From the IMG/VR virus record IMGVR_UViG_3300047408_000067, positions 26,616 through 90,615 of that record: DNA of 64,000 nucleotides. One strand, given 5' to 3'. Position numbers and translations under genes: made by a program. Within the stretch, counting starts at the first letter, position 1; every line of letters starts with the position of its first letter. Under the pieces are notes generated by a model, which was given only the letters and a program-made list of their open reading frames with translations, did not search any database and was not told the origin of the DNA. Origin of the DNA: a virus. Positions 27,733 to 35,767 of the stretch are shown here, one piece after another.

Positions 27733-28176
27733 GTGGCAAAGAAAAGTACGACAGCGACCGCTAATCGCAAGGTGGCGGTTGCAGAGGAAGAGGACGACGA
27801 GGAAGAGGAAGTAGTAGTAGTCTCGGCAAAGAAGAAGACTGCTGCTCCCGTAGCCAAGTCGGCCACCAATGGCAAGGCGACCACCAAGGCCGCTGTCACT
27901 AAGAAGGCCGCCAAGAGCAACGATGAAGAGGGTGCTTACGCCCCCAATGCCAACAGTATGCGTGATTTCATCATGCGTTCTATGAGGCGGGGCGGCACGT
28001 CTACTGAAATCAAAAAGCGTGCGGCACGGTTTGCTGAGAAGAAGGGCGTGGACGAGCTGTCCGACATCAAGGCGTACAAGAACTTTGACGTCGCGTTCTT
28101 CGCCAAGTTTCTCGAGACCAAGGGCTTCGACGTGAGGATCGACGAGGAAGCGGACAGCTATCTACTTACCACCTGA
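27733..28176 (+). CDS. charged low-complexity protein with C-terminal domain paralogous to 150..1163
   Basis: GTG behind GAGGAG; EEEDDEEEEVVVV and K/A-rich blocks. Confidence 0.8.
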   Translation: MAKKSTTATANRKVAVAEEEDDEEEEVVVVSAKKKTAAPVAKSATNGKATTKAAVTKKAAKSNDEEGAYAPNANSMRDFIMRSMRRGGTSTEIKKRAARFAEKKGVDELSDIKAYKNFDVAFFAKFLETKGFDVRIDEEADSYLLTT

Positions 28177-28194
28177 TTTCAGGGCTGTTATAGT
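28166..28194 (+). promoter_or_regulatory. extended -10 promoter
   Basis: TTACCA-N17-TATAGT with TGn; inverted repeat CCTGA-TT-TCAGG in spacer. Confidence 0.55.
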
Positions 28195-28196
28195 GT

Positions 28197-28325
28197 GGAT
28201 CTAAGGAGGTCCCATCTGGCAGGGACGATAGGCTTTTGCGCAACGAAACGGAATCTTGTCGCTGGCCTGCCAGCATCCTTTGATACCAACATCCCCGTTG
28301 GTGATTGCCAACGGGGTTTTGTTTT
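28197..28325 (+). ncRNA. candidate structured small RNA (~125 nt)
   Basis: Bounded by promoter and terminator; nested stems AAGGA/TCCTT, CTGGCAGG/CCTGCCAG, GACGA/TTGTC; no ATG ORF. Confidence 0.4.
28293..28325 (+). terminator. intrinsic terminator
   Basis: CCCCGTTGG-TGATTG-CCAACGGGG then TTTTGTTTT. Confidence 0.75.
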
Positions 28326-28333
28326 GCTATAGT
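28305..28333 (+). promoter_or_regulatory. extended -10 sigma70-type promoter overlapping the terminator
   Basis: TTGCCA-N17-TATAGT with TGn. Confidence 0.65.
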
Positions 28334-28338
28334 ATTGG

Positions 28339-28398
28339 GTGCTAGCAGGCGAATACTTTCTCTTCGCCGGGACGACATTCGCCTGCTAGCACTTTTTT
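28339..28398 (+). terminator. 16-bp hairpin + T6: terminator/attenuator or tiny RNA
   Basis: GTGCTAGCAGGCGAAT/ATTCGCCTGCTAGCAC perfect stem, 22-nt loop, TTTTTT. Confidence 0.7.
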
Positions 28399-28416
28399 GT
28401 CAGGAAGGAGGATGGT

Positions 28417-28554
28417 ATGTTCGAGGACCCGAAAGCACCAGATCCAAGGCCGGAGCCGCAGCCGCAGCCAGGACAAGAGCCTCGCCCGCGTCCAGATCCA
28501 AGGCCAGAGCCTGCACCAACGCCGGAGCCACAACCAGCTCCGCCTCCGCACTGA
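28417..28554 (+). CDS. 45-aa proline-rich peptide (not in ORF track)
   Basis: AAGGAGG RBS; MFEDPKAPDPRPEPQPQPGQEPRPRPDPRPEPAPTPEPQPAPPPH; 20 Pro. Confidence 0.65.
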   Translation: MFEDPKAPDPRPEPQPQPGQEPRPRPDPRPEPAPTPEPQPAPPPH

Positions 28555-28570
28555 TCCGGTCACCCACCGG

Positions 28571-28617
28571 AAAAGAACCCCGTGATATGGGGCGGTCCCG
28601 TCACGGGGTTTCTTTTT
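28571..28617. terminator. bidirectional terminator at the convergence of the two transcription directions
   Basis: AACCCCGTGA/TCACGGGGTT stem flanked by AAAAG and TCTTTTT. Confidence 0.75.
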
Positions 28618-28732
28618 GTCCTTTTTTCTGGGCATGGAAAGACCCCCTACTCCTCGTTGCTAGCGGCGGGCAAGCACCGCAACGGTTTCAGGGGTCTTTC
28701 CTCCCCGCCGTGGCATACGGGGATCTAGAGGG

Positions 28733-28888
28733 TTAGGTTAGAGCAGCCAACACATAGAATGCTAGGCCAGCCCAACCCAGAGCGTGTCCGTAGGAGTGAT
28801 CCCAGTTTGGTCGCCATGACCAAGATGCCATTGCCGCCAGCACCAGCAGTACGAGTGATACAACGAGAACGATTTGATGTAGAGCCAT
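28733..28888 (-). CDS. holin-like two-TM membrane protein (51 aa, not in ORF track)
   Basis: MALHQIVLVVSLVLLVLAAMASWSWRPNWDHSYGHALGWAGLAFYVLAALT; TGATG overlap with peptidase stop. Confidence 0.6.
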   Translation of the reverse strand: MALHQIVLVVSLVLLVLAAMASWSWRPNWDHSYGHALGWAGLAFYVLAALT

Positions 28889-29316
28889 CAGGCCTCCAAC
28901 CAGACTACGCTGAATGGACCTAGCCGCTGGAATTCCTCACGGCTAAGTGATTCCCATACTCCACGGTAGCCAGGTGCAGAATTGGCTAACCATAGATTGT
29001 TGCCATCCTGTCCCCGTATGGCAACCCAATGATACCAATTACCTCCCGACATCATGCCCGTTGTTTCGCCAGCTATGGCCCAGACTGTTTCGAACGTCAA
29101 CCATCCCTGGCTAGACACCTGGTCGTATTCTGCCAGTACCCGCCTTAGCTGCGAGCCACTACCATCCATCAAACCATACGTGGCATTGATGTTTTCTGGA
29201 TATCCGATCTGAGATACACACTGGTCTTCGGTAGCACGAGGATCCAATCCTGTGGCCCGAAGTACCCAAGCCAATGCACACGCCGAGCACGTCCAGTTGT
29301 TGTGCTGCGTCGGCAT
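28888..29316 (-). CDS. C39-like papain-fold cysteine peptidase, probable endolysin
   Basis: Q...WTCSACALA, HWVAIRG, LWLANS (Cys-His-Asn); last in late operon next to a TM gene; N-terminus may come by frameshift. Confidence 0.75.
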   Translation of the reverse strand: MPTQHNNWTCSACALAWVLRATGLDPRATEDQCVSQIGYPENINATYGLMDGSGSQLRRVLAEYDQVSSQGWLTFETVWAIAGETTGMMSGGNWYHWVAIRGQDGNNLWLANSAPGYRGVWESLSREEFQRLGPFSVVWLEA

Positions 29317-29336
29317 CGGAGTAAGTGGTTCCCAGA

Positions 29337-29540
29337 TTACCCTTTTGGGAGTGACTCCGCATCTGATTCAGTTAGCGGAGGGTCAGGCGTAATGGTACCC
29401 TGTAGGCCAGGGTCGAGAGCGTACAGAAAGGCCTCTACGGAGCCTTCCCCTACCCACTTGCCCTGTACTGCTGCTGCTAGTGCCGCAGTAAACAGAGACT
29501 GCTGTTGCTGTAACTGAGTGATCTCTGCGGACTCAGCCAT
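29337..29540 (-). CDS. 67-aa protein, possible N-terminal module of the frameshifted lysin
   Basis: AAGGAG RBS; ends C CCA AAA GGG TAA. Confidence 0.7.
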   Translation of the reverse strand: MAESAEITQLQQQQSLFTAALAAAVQGKWVGEGSVEAFLYALDPGLQGTITPDPPLTESDAESLPKG

Positions 29541-29839
29541 TAGACTGCTCCTTGTACGCCGTTCATTCGCACGGCCTCCGGTAACTCCATGAACGGAGGT
29601 GGCTCATGAGTTGTGATTGTGATCTCGGTGGCATCCTCTTCGAACCTGATGCCAAAGTCTGGTGGCAGCTTCACATCCTGCTGGTCTGCCACGAAACTAA
29701 CCAGATCGCGTACTTCCTTCTCGGCAGCCTTGGCGGCCTGAGTAGCTGCTTGGACGATTGCATTAGCCTCGTCCGACCTGCCTACCGCGTAGGACAGCCT
29801 CTTTGCCGTCTTCAGGTTCAGTTTCAAAACGATTGTCAT
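29540..29839 (-). CDS. hypothetical protein
   Basis: AGGAGG RBS; coiled-coil segment. Confidence 0.7.
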   Translation of the reverse strand: MTIVLKLNLKTAKRLSYAVGRSDEANAIVQAATQAAKAAEKEVRDLVSFVADQQDVKLPPDFGIRFEEDATEITITTHEPPPFMELPEAVRMNGVQGAV

Positions 29840-29848
29840 TTTGGCCTC

Positions 29849-30907
29849 CTAGTGCCATCGACCCGCTGTTGGTACGAAATAGAGACCCACGAAAAACGTC
29901 AGGTCCCCAGAGCACCAATACGTGTTCGTTGAACTTACTTGGATATAGTCGCCTGCGTTCAGGTCGCGGTACTGAGCGAAAGCCCAATTTATACCTGTGT
30001 TCCGGTAATAGGCGATTGCGAGCGATGTACCACCCTGGTTTATTCCATTCAGGTAGGCACTACAGTACAGGGTCTGGTCGTCCGAGGTAGGTCCAATGTT
30101 TCCAGCAACACTCCAGTAGGCTACCCAACGACCTGGTCGGTCCGTATAGATCGCATTGCTTGTGGCCGTCGATCCGGTGAACGACATATGGACACCTTGG
30201 CTATATTGAATAGCCACTGGTGGATCCGGGACTTGAACACGATTGTATGCAGCTTCCCAACTTTCACCGTTGGGCCACACACGACTTGGACCCCAGGCGC
30301 TATTGGCTCGTGCCTGCCACGTCTGCATCTGCGAGAGCATGTCGTTGTAGTAGCCGACGTAGGCATTGTAGTTCTGCTCCCACGTCGAACCATTGTTCCA
30401 GACACGACTTGGTCCCCAGTAGTAGTCTGCCTGTCCACGCCAATACTGAGCACTCTGGCTCCAGTAGACGGCATTGGCACCCTGCCCAGGATAACTGAAG
30501 CTGTAGCCCTGTGGGTCATGAGAATTCCGCCACTCGGTACCCCACATGGCGTTCCACTGCTGCGCGGTAGTAGACCAGAACTGTCCTGTGGCATACCCTG
30601 TTGGATGCGATGCGCCAAGACCACTGTTCGTCTGTCCAGCAGAGTTGTCCCTGGCGTTGGCAAACTCCGTGTTGTACATTGGCACCCACTGTCCAGCAGT
30701 GGTACTCCATAACTGTCCACTTGCCCACCCCGTAGGATGCTGCCCCGTGGAGTTATCTCTGGCATTGGAGTACTCGGTGTTGTACATGGACTGCCATTCG
30801 CCAGACGTGGCCGACCATCTTTGCCCAGACGTCCATCCGATTGGATGCGAACCTGTACTGAGGTCGTTGGCTTGCGCGACCCAATAGCCCAGATTCTGGT
30901 ATGTCAT
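29849..30907 (-). CDS. tail fibre-like protein with Trp-rich repeats and C1q/BclA-like C-terminal domain
   Basis: ATGA overlap; three HP.GW..GQ.WS repeats, two WGPSRVW.NG..WE..YN repeats; beta-sandwich C-terminus. Confidence 0.65.
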   Translation of the reverse strand: MTYQNLGYWVAQANDLSTGSHPIGWTSGQRWSATSGEWQSMYNTEYSNARDNSTGQHPTGWASGQLWSTTAGQWVPMYNTEFANARDNSAGQTNSGLGASHPTGYATGQFWSTTAQQWNAMWGTEWRNSHDPQGYSFSYPGQGANAVYWSQSAQYWRGQADYYWGPSRVWNNGSTWEQNYNAYVGYYNDMLSQMQTWQARANSAWGPSRVWPNGESWEAAYNRVQVPDPPVAIQYSQGVHMSFTGSTATSNAIYTDRPGRWVAYWSVAGNIGPTSDDQTLYCSAYLNGINQGGTSLAIAYYRNTGINWAFAQYRDLNAGDYIQVSSTNTYWCSGDLTFFVGLYFVPTAGRWH

Positions 30908-31758
30908 ACCACCCTCCACTGGATGCCGTTGCTCTTGAAGGTAAAGGAGTCCGGGGATACCACCACGCCGTTCTGCACAGCACCAGTAGTCAGGTTAGCA
31001 GAGCCACCGATAATCGTGGTTCCTCCGGTAGCTGTACAGTTGATGGTACCTGCCTCAGCCGCAACGGTTATGGGGCGCTCAGTTATTGTTGGGTCTGGAA
31101 GGATAAGTGCTTGTGGAGATGCCAGATAGCCGAAAAAGAACAGCTTGCCAGCAAGCATCACTGCTGTGATGTTAGGAGCGTTAGAGCGCAACGTGGTGTT
31201 GCGGAACATGCTCTCTGGGTCACTACCAGCGCTAGGGTGCAGGTAGGCCAGCGCAGTACCGCCAGATGGGGCCTCCAGAGCCACACCAAACGCTGCGGAG
31301 CTACCCAACGTGCTACCTGCTGCTACAACGCTGGCATCCTGTGTGATGAGGTACTGAAGCCTGCTGATACCAGTGACTTTGGTACGCACAAAACCTTCCA
31401 TCGCCACACGTCCCACTGCTCCAGCGGCAATGTTTGCGACTACCACACCAACAAAGGGACCAGCCGCTCCTACAACTGGCAAGACGAAGCTGCGGTCCGC
31501 GTTGGGATCCAACATCACCACATCGCCAGGTACTCTGGCAGCACCAGAGTTATTGACCATGTCCTGGCTCAACCCGCCAGTAAGTGTGATGGTGTTGAAA
31601 CTCCAGCTTCCTGTGATGACCTCGTTGAAGTCAAAGAAAGTGGAGCGATCACTCAACCCAGAGTTGAATCTGGTGGTATCCCGCACACCAGCATTAGGTG
31701 TTGGGTCATCATCAGTGACCTCGGGAAGCAAGAATCCGTGTCGTACTGTTGTCTGCAT
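30904..31758 (-). CDS. baseplate-proximal tail fibre protein
   Basis: Follows YmfQ-like gene; N-terminal T.RHG.LLPE..D anchor; G/A/V-rich beta. Confidence 0.6.
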   Translation of the reverse strand: MQTTVRHGFLLPEVTDDDPTPNAGVRDTTRFNSGLSDRSTFFDFNEVITGSWSFNTITLTGGLSQDMVNNSGAARVPGDVVMLDPNADRSFVLPVVGAAGPFVGVVVANIAAGAVGRVAMEGFVRTKVTGISRLQYLITQDASVVAAGSTLGSSAAFGVALEAPSGGTALAYLHPSAGSDPESMFRNTTLRSNAPNITAVMLAGKLFFFGYLASPQALILPDPTITERPITVAAEAGTINCTATGGTTIIGGSANLTTGAVQNGVVVSPDSFTFKSNGIQWRVV

Positions 31759-32412
31759 CTATTGAAACCTCAGATCTGCCCAGGATACGTTACCGATGTC
31801 TGCCCAGGTGTTGTTCCACATATTGCTTGCGTCACCGTGCCAGGTCACTTCGCTATAGGTGATGGTGTAACCCAGATGCGATGGCTTGATGCGCTTCACC
31901 ATCAGATCAATATTCGTCTGTACGTTAGGTGGAAAACCCTTTGGCTTGAGGATACGGATTTCGAAGCTGTAGCGCCTTAGATCAGCAGGTGGCAGATCGA
32001 ACTTTTCAACGATTACAATCTCATCGGCGTAGTTAGCGATCTGAGAGTGTATGTATGCAGGTGTAGGGGTTGCCGTGGACTGCATCCTAGCCAAGATACC
32101 AGCCCTGCGTTCTGGCAATGTCAGTGTGTTATCAGCAGGCGCACTGAACATCTCTTCCCAGAGCGTCATTGCCTGTTCGTTGGCAGTACGCACAAACCAT
32201 GCCGAATGCATCGGTTCTAAGTTAGCAGTAAGGGTCTGGTTGAGCGCTGCCTGGATTTCACCATCACGCATGAAGCGTGTGAAGCGATCAATGGGGTCAA
32301 ACTCAAACCCCACTGCCATGAGGAACTGCTGCATGAAGTCGTCTTCTTCCCAGTATGTGGGAAGATTCTCCATGAGGATTTCTCCCCATCCGTAGAACTG
32401 GTCTTCTCTCAT
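31759..32412 (-). CDS. baseplate wedge protein, YmfQ/DUF2313-like
   Basis: LPTYW, TA...LWE, ERRA.ILA, IKPSHL. Confidence 0.8.
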   Translation of the reverse strand: MREDQFYGWGEILMENLPTYWEEDDFMQQFLMAVGFEFDPIDRFTRFMRDGEIQAALNQTLTANLEPMHSAWFVRTANEQAMTLWEEMFSAPADNTLTLPERRAGILARMQSTATPTPAYIHSQIANYADEIVIVEKFDLPPADLRRYSFEIRILKPKGFPPNVQTNIDLMVKRIKPSHLGYTITYSEVTWHGDASNMWNNTWADIGNVSWADLRFQ

Positions 32413-34055
32413 ACAGCCGTTACCGTCCCTGCCACTGGTTTTTCCGTACCTGTTACTGTGACATCCGCAGTGCTAAACGTCGATGCCCCTGCCCTGCGGA
32501 TACCGTAGCCCGTCGAGTACATGTTGAAAGTATCGATACCCTTGATGCCTTCAAGCGCTGCTTGCTGGACACGATAGAATAGCACAAATCCATCGTCGCC
32601 ACCAACAGGCATTGCGTTGAGGTAATCGATGATAGCCTGTTTCACATCCTGCTGCACAGCCGCCAGACTGAAGCCATCCTGGACAGTAAGTGTGAATCGC
32701 GCCTCTACCAGTACCGCTACAGCAGCCTCTACCGTTACGTGCGCACCAATAGGTCTACGAGTCTCTATATAATCGTACACCTTGCTCACGGTAGCAGCAT
32801 TCGAGATAGTGTTATCGGAGTTGATGATCACCACTTTGACGGTACCGTAGCCGTTCCACTCTTCGATCACACTAACCGCACCCAGGCTAGTACCAGGAGT
32901 CTCACGTGCCCAGATCTGATAGTCTGTGTCGTTACCGCCAGCAGACCTCTGGCGCACAGTAAGTAGGAATCGCGACAAGAACAATCTGTCCGACTCCATA
33001 TCTACGCCGTTGATTGCCGCTACGGGGTTGACCACGTGACTAACGAAAGCCACAGGTGTTGTCAGTCTGTTGATAGCTCCTGCCAGTACATTGCCCGCTT
33101 TTCCAGCTCTAGCTGCCTGTACTGCGACACCAGTGAAGATCCTGTAGGTGGACGTAGCGTCAGGAATACCACCAGTATCCCACTCTGCAACGTTTAGAAC
33201 CTGAGCAGTGTTATTGATGACCTTCCGCCACTGCCCAATTCCCTTGCCCAGAGTAATCAAGACATAGTAATCTTTCCACTGGTCTACTGTCCACGCCGCA
33301 GTATTGTCCGACAAGCTAGTTGTCGTAGCGCCAGATACCAGACCAGGAGAAGCAACTTTGAAGATAATAGGCGCAGTTTCCAAGCTGTTGAATACCAGAG
33401 GTCGGTCTCTAGTATTCGGTACAGCCGTAGTGCTGAAACCTATGGTGTTAGGGATCACAGTGTTGTTCGCAGCCGTGATCTCCATCACTGTAGTTGCGAA
33501 ACTGGCAGTGTTGCGCAGTACACCGTGCTCTTCAGCACGTAGGTCTAGTAGAGCTCCACCCATGAACTGCGCAAAGCCCTGTGGGAACAGATCATCCAGG
33601 CGCTTGTAGATCCGCTCAAACTCGGGAGACTGTGCAGCAGTCATATCCCAAGGAACTTGACCCTTACGCTTGTCGTATGGTAGCCCATTGGGTGCTATCC
33701 CAACGCGGTCCATAATGCGACTCTGGATGATGTCTGTTGTATTGTTTGTCTGGAACGGCCGTACTGGCAGGTTCACACTGATACGGAACGCACCATCTAG
33801 CTGTGCAACATCCTCACCACCATTATCAACCAGGACCGAGTAGAACCCGATCGGGACAGTGTTGGCGGGCACAGTTGCATGCAGCATCTCGCTGGTCATC
33901 ATTGCGATGTTCGACAGCGAGTATTCGATGGGCGGATCTTCTGGTATGATCAGTCTTGCGGTGGTGGTGGTGAGAAAACCAGACCCAGTAATCTCCAGCG
34001 TTGTGTCGGAGCCAACCTGAGTCAACGAAGGGGTTACTGTGTAGATGTTTGTCAC
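32409..34055 (-). CDS. baseplate J-like protein with N-terminal IPT/TIG-like domain
   Basis: LDLRAEEHGV.R, G.AGNV.AG.I, G.D.ESD, GGNDTDY..WA, GYGTVKV, RPIGA.VTV. Confidence 0.9.
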   Translation of the reverse strand: MTNIYTVTPSLTQVGSDTTLEITGSGFLTTTTARLIIPEDPPIEYSLSNIAMMTSEMLHATVPANTVPIGFYSVLVDNGGEDVAQLDGAFRISVNLPVRPFQTNNTTDIIQSRIMDRVGIAPNGLPYDKRKGQVPWDMTAAQSPEFERIYKRLDDLFPQGFAQFMGGALLDLRAEEHGVLRNTASFATTVMEITAANNTVIPNTIGFSTTAVPNTRDRPLVFNSLETAPIIFKVASPGLVSGATTTSLSDNTAAWTVDQWKDYYVLITLGKGIGQWRKVINNTAQVLNVAEWDTGGIPDATSTYRIFTGVAVQAARAGKAGNVLAGAINRLTTPVAFVSHVVNPVAAINGVDMESDRLFLSRFLLTVRQRSAGGNDTDYQIWARETPGTSLGAVSVIEEWNGYGTVKVVIINSDNTISNAATVSKVYDYIETRRPIGAHVTVEAAVAVLVEARFTLTVQDGFSLAAVQQDVKQAIIDYLNAMPVGGDDGFVLFYRVQQAALEGIKGIDTFNMYSTGYGIRRAGASTFSTADVTVTGTEKPVAGTVTAV

Positions 34056-34519
34056 CGAACTGTCCTTGCGAAACTGAATTCTTTCTCGTGGCCCGAAACG
34101 GACACCACACGGAAAGTGATGTACAGTGTGTCGCCTCGGACAATCGCATTGAACTGGTCTATTGCGCGTATCAGGTCAATAGGTGCCAATGCCTCCCGCA
34201 CGTATGTTTCGGAGATACTTTGGATAGCCAGGTCGCTCAAGTTGCGCCCAATGATGACCCAGAAGTCCGAGCCAAAGTTCCTGTCGTAGGCAGCATACGT
34301 CAGACGCTCAGTTACGAGCGACTTGACTATAAGCTGCTCCAAGGTCATAGCAGGGTTGGCAAGCACAAATTCGCCCGCGTTGTTGAACACCAGGAGCTGG
34401 CCTCCAGGTACGTCAAAGTTCAACATTGGTGCTGCGCCCCATGTAGGTTGGGTACCAGGGTCTACGACGTCTACAGTAAACGCTGGATCCTCAAACCTTG
34501 GTACGGTAGTTACTGGCAT
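34052..34519 (-). CDS. XkdS/DUF2634 gp25-like baseplate protein
   Basis: Q.IVKSL.TER..Y.AY..NFGSD, VREAL; directly before baseplate J. Confidence 0.8.
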   Translation of the reverse strand: MPVTTVPRFEDPAFTVDVVDPGTQPTWGAAPMLNFDVPGGQLLVFNNAGEFVLANPAMTLEQLIVKSLVTERLTYAAYDRNFGSDFWVIIGRNLSDLAIQSISETYVREALAPIDLIRAIDQFNAIVRGDTLYITFRVVSVSGHEKEFSFARTVR

Positions 34520-34857
34520 TAGACCCTCGTGTGCATCTCCACAAGCCCGTTGACGTTGGATCTCTCGGCAGCACTGAAGATGGCATCAATGAAATCGAGC
34601 AGGTTGCGGTCAACCATACCCCATGCCATTGCTTCGATCTTCTGCCTCAGGTGGTCGTAGTCTGCATCCTCCAGTTCGAGAGTGTCGGTGCTCGCATCCA
34701 GTTTGTCAAGGATGCGAATACCTCTACGCAGTTCGTCGATGTGTACCCCGCGCTGAGGATCTAGTGGCTGACGAATGACAGTGCGGATAGCATCACTGTA
34801 GTCGATGCCTGCTGCACCCTCCGACGCTTCAATTACGCGCAATGGAATCTGTTTCAT
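34519..34857 (-). CDS. hypothetical protein, possible fibre chaperone
   Basis: AGGAG RBS; LELEDADYDHL motif; follows fibre genes. Confidence 0.65.
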   Translation of the reverse strand: MKQIPLRVIEASEGAAGIDYSDAIRTVIRQPLDPQRGVHIDELRRGIRILDKLDASTDTLELEDADYDHLRQKIEAMAWGMVDRNLLDFIDAIFSAAERSNVNGLVEMHTRV

Positions 34858-34882
34858 TGGATTCTCCTAATTATTTGTAGAC

Positions 34883-35767
34883 TCATGGATTAGCCTCAAC
34901 CGTCCAACCAGCACCGCCGCCCGTATTATGCCCAATGGAATAGGTGTTAGCCGCTGTTATCGTGTAGTATGACTGCATACCGTATACAGTCGGGACAGCA
35001 CAGGCGGGCTGAGTACAGTTGATCACCGACCACGTACCAATCTTGGTAACCGTTGGGGTGATCACCTTCTGCACCTGCCAGTTCGTCATGAAGTGCCAGT
35101 TCGAACTGGCCCCCGCGTATCCAGCTATAGCGAGGTCACCAGTACCTGGGACACCGACAACTTCGTAATACCGCAGACATCGAGCCAAATCATCTGCCGG
35201 ATGGAGTGGCGCGTAGTCCGCCGCCACGGAGCCAACTACCAGCATGGCTTCATCGAACCAAATGTTGTCTGTTGTTCCACCACTACCCAACCTCACGGCT
35301 ATATAAGTAGCGTCGGTGGGCACCGTCCCAGTCACACGTAAGGTCGTGACCGCAGACGACGGGGCCGTTGCTGCCGGACTTATCGGATTAGTGCCGTCCG
35401 ATACAAGCTGTAAGAAGTGCCCACCAGCCACACTGGTGAACGTCTTGACCGAGACAGAGACGGTCTTGCCCCGTAGTGATCTAACAAGACCTGGCTCCAG
35501 CTTCTGCTCGATGAACGCCCATCCACCAGACACATGGGTATACACCAGCTTGGCACAGGCTGTTCCAGACACCTGATACGTAATCTCCTGTACGACCTGG
35601 CATGACGACACACTGATAAATAGCTGCCAACGGTCAGCAGTCCATGCCTGATGAGTCAGGAAAACCCCGACACCACGTTGCCAGATCTCAAAGCCTCCAT
35701 TGGTCAAGAGGTTCTGGCGCGCAGTGTCACTGCGCAGCTCAGCATTCGGTACCTGTTGGAAAGTCAT
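34883..35767 (-). CDS. receptor-binding/fibre protein paralogue 3
   Basis: NLLTNGGFEIWQRG..DRW; PLHPADDLARCLRYYE; ends VEANP. Confidence 0.75.
   Translation of the reverse strand: MTFQQVPNAELRSDTARQNLLTNGGFEIWQRGVGVFLTHQAWTADRWQLFISVSSCQVVQEITYQVSGTACAKLVYTHVSGGWAFIEQKLEPGLVRSLRGKTVSVSVKTFTSVAGGHFLQLVSDGTNPISPAATAPSSAVTTLRVTGTVPTDATYIAVRLGSGGTTDNIWFDEAMLVVGSVAADYAPLHPADDLARCLRYYEVVGVPGTGDLAIAGYAGASSNWHFMTNWQVQKVITPTVTKIGTWSVINCTQPACAVPTVYGMQSYYTITAANTYSIGHNTGGGAGWTVEANP

Noticed and set aside
28197-28723. tRNA, hammerhead ribozyme, SRP or known riboswitch in the hairpin island
   Set aside because: No cloverleaf with T-loop, no CUGANGA core, no SRP loop motif recognised; an Rfam search is still needed
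14555-29345. Recurring AAGG(G)TAA(GA)TCT motif at about 14565, 20980, 25385 and 29335
   Set aside because: Short, variable and in mixed contexts; cannot be distinguished from chance without statistics
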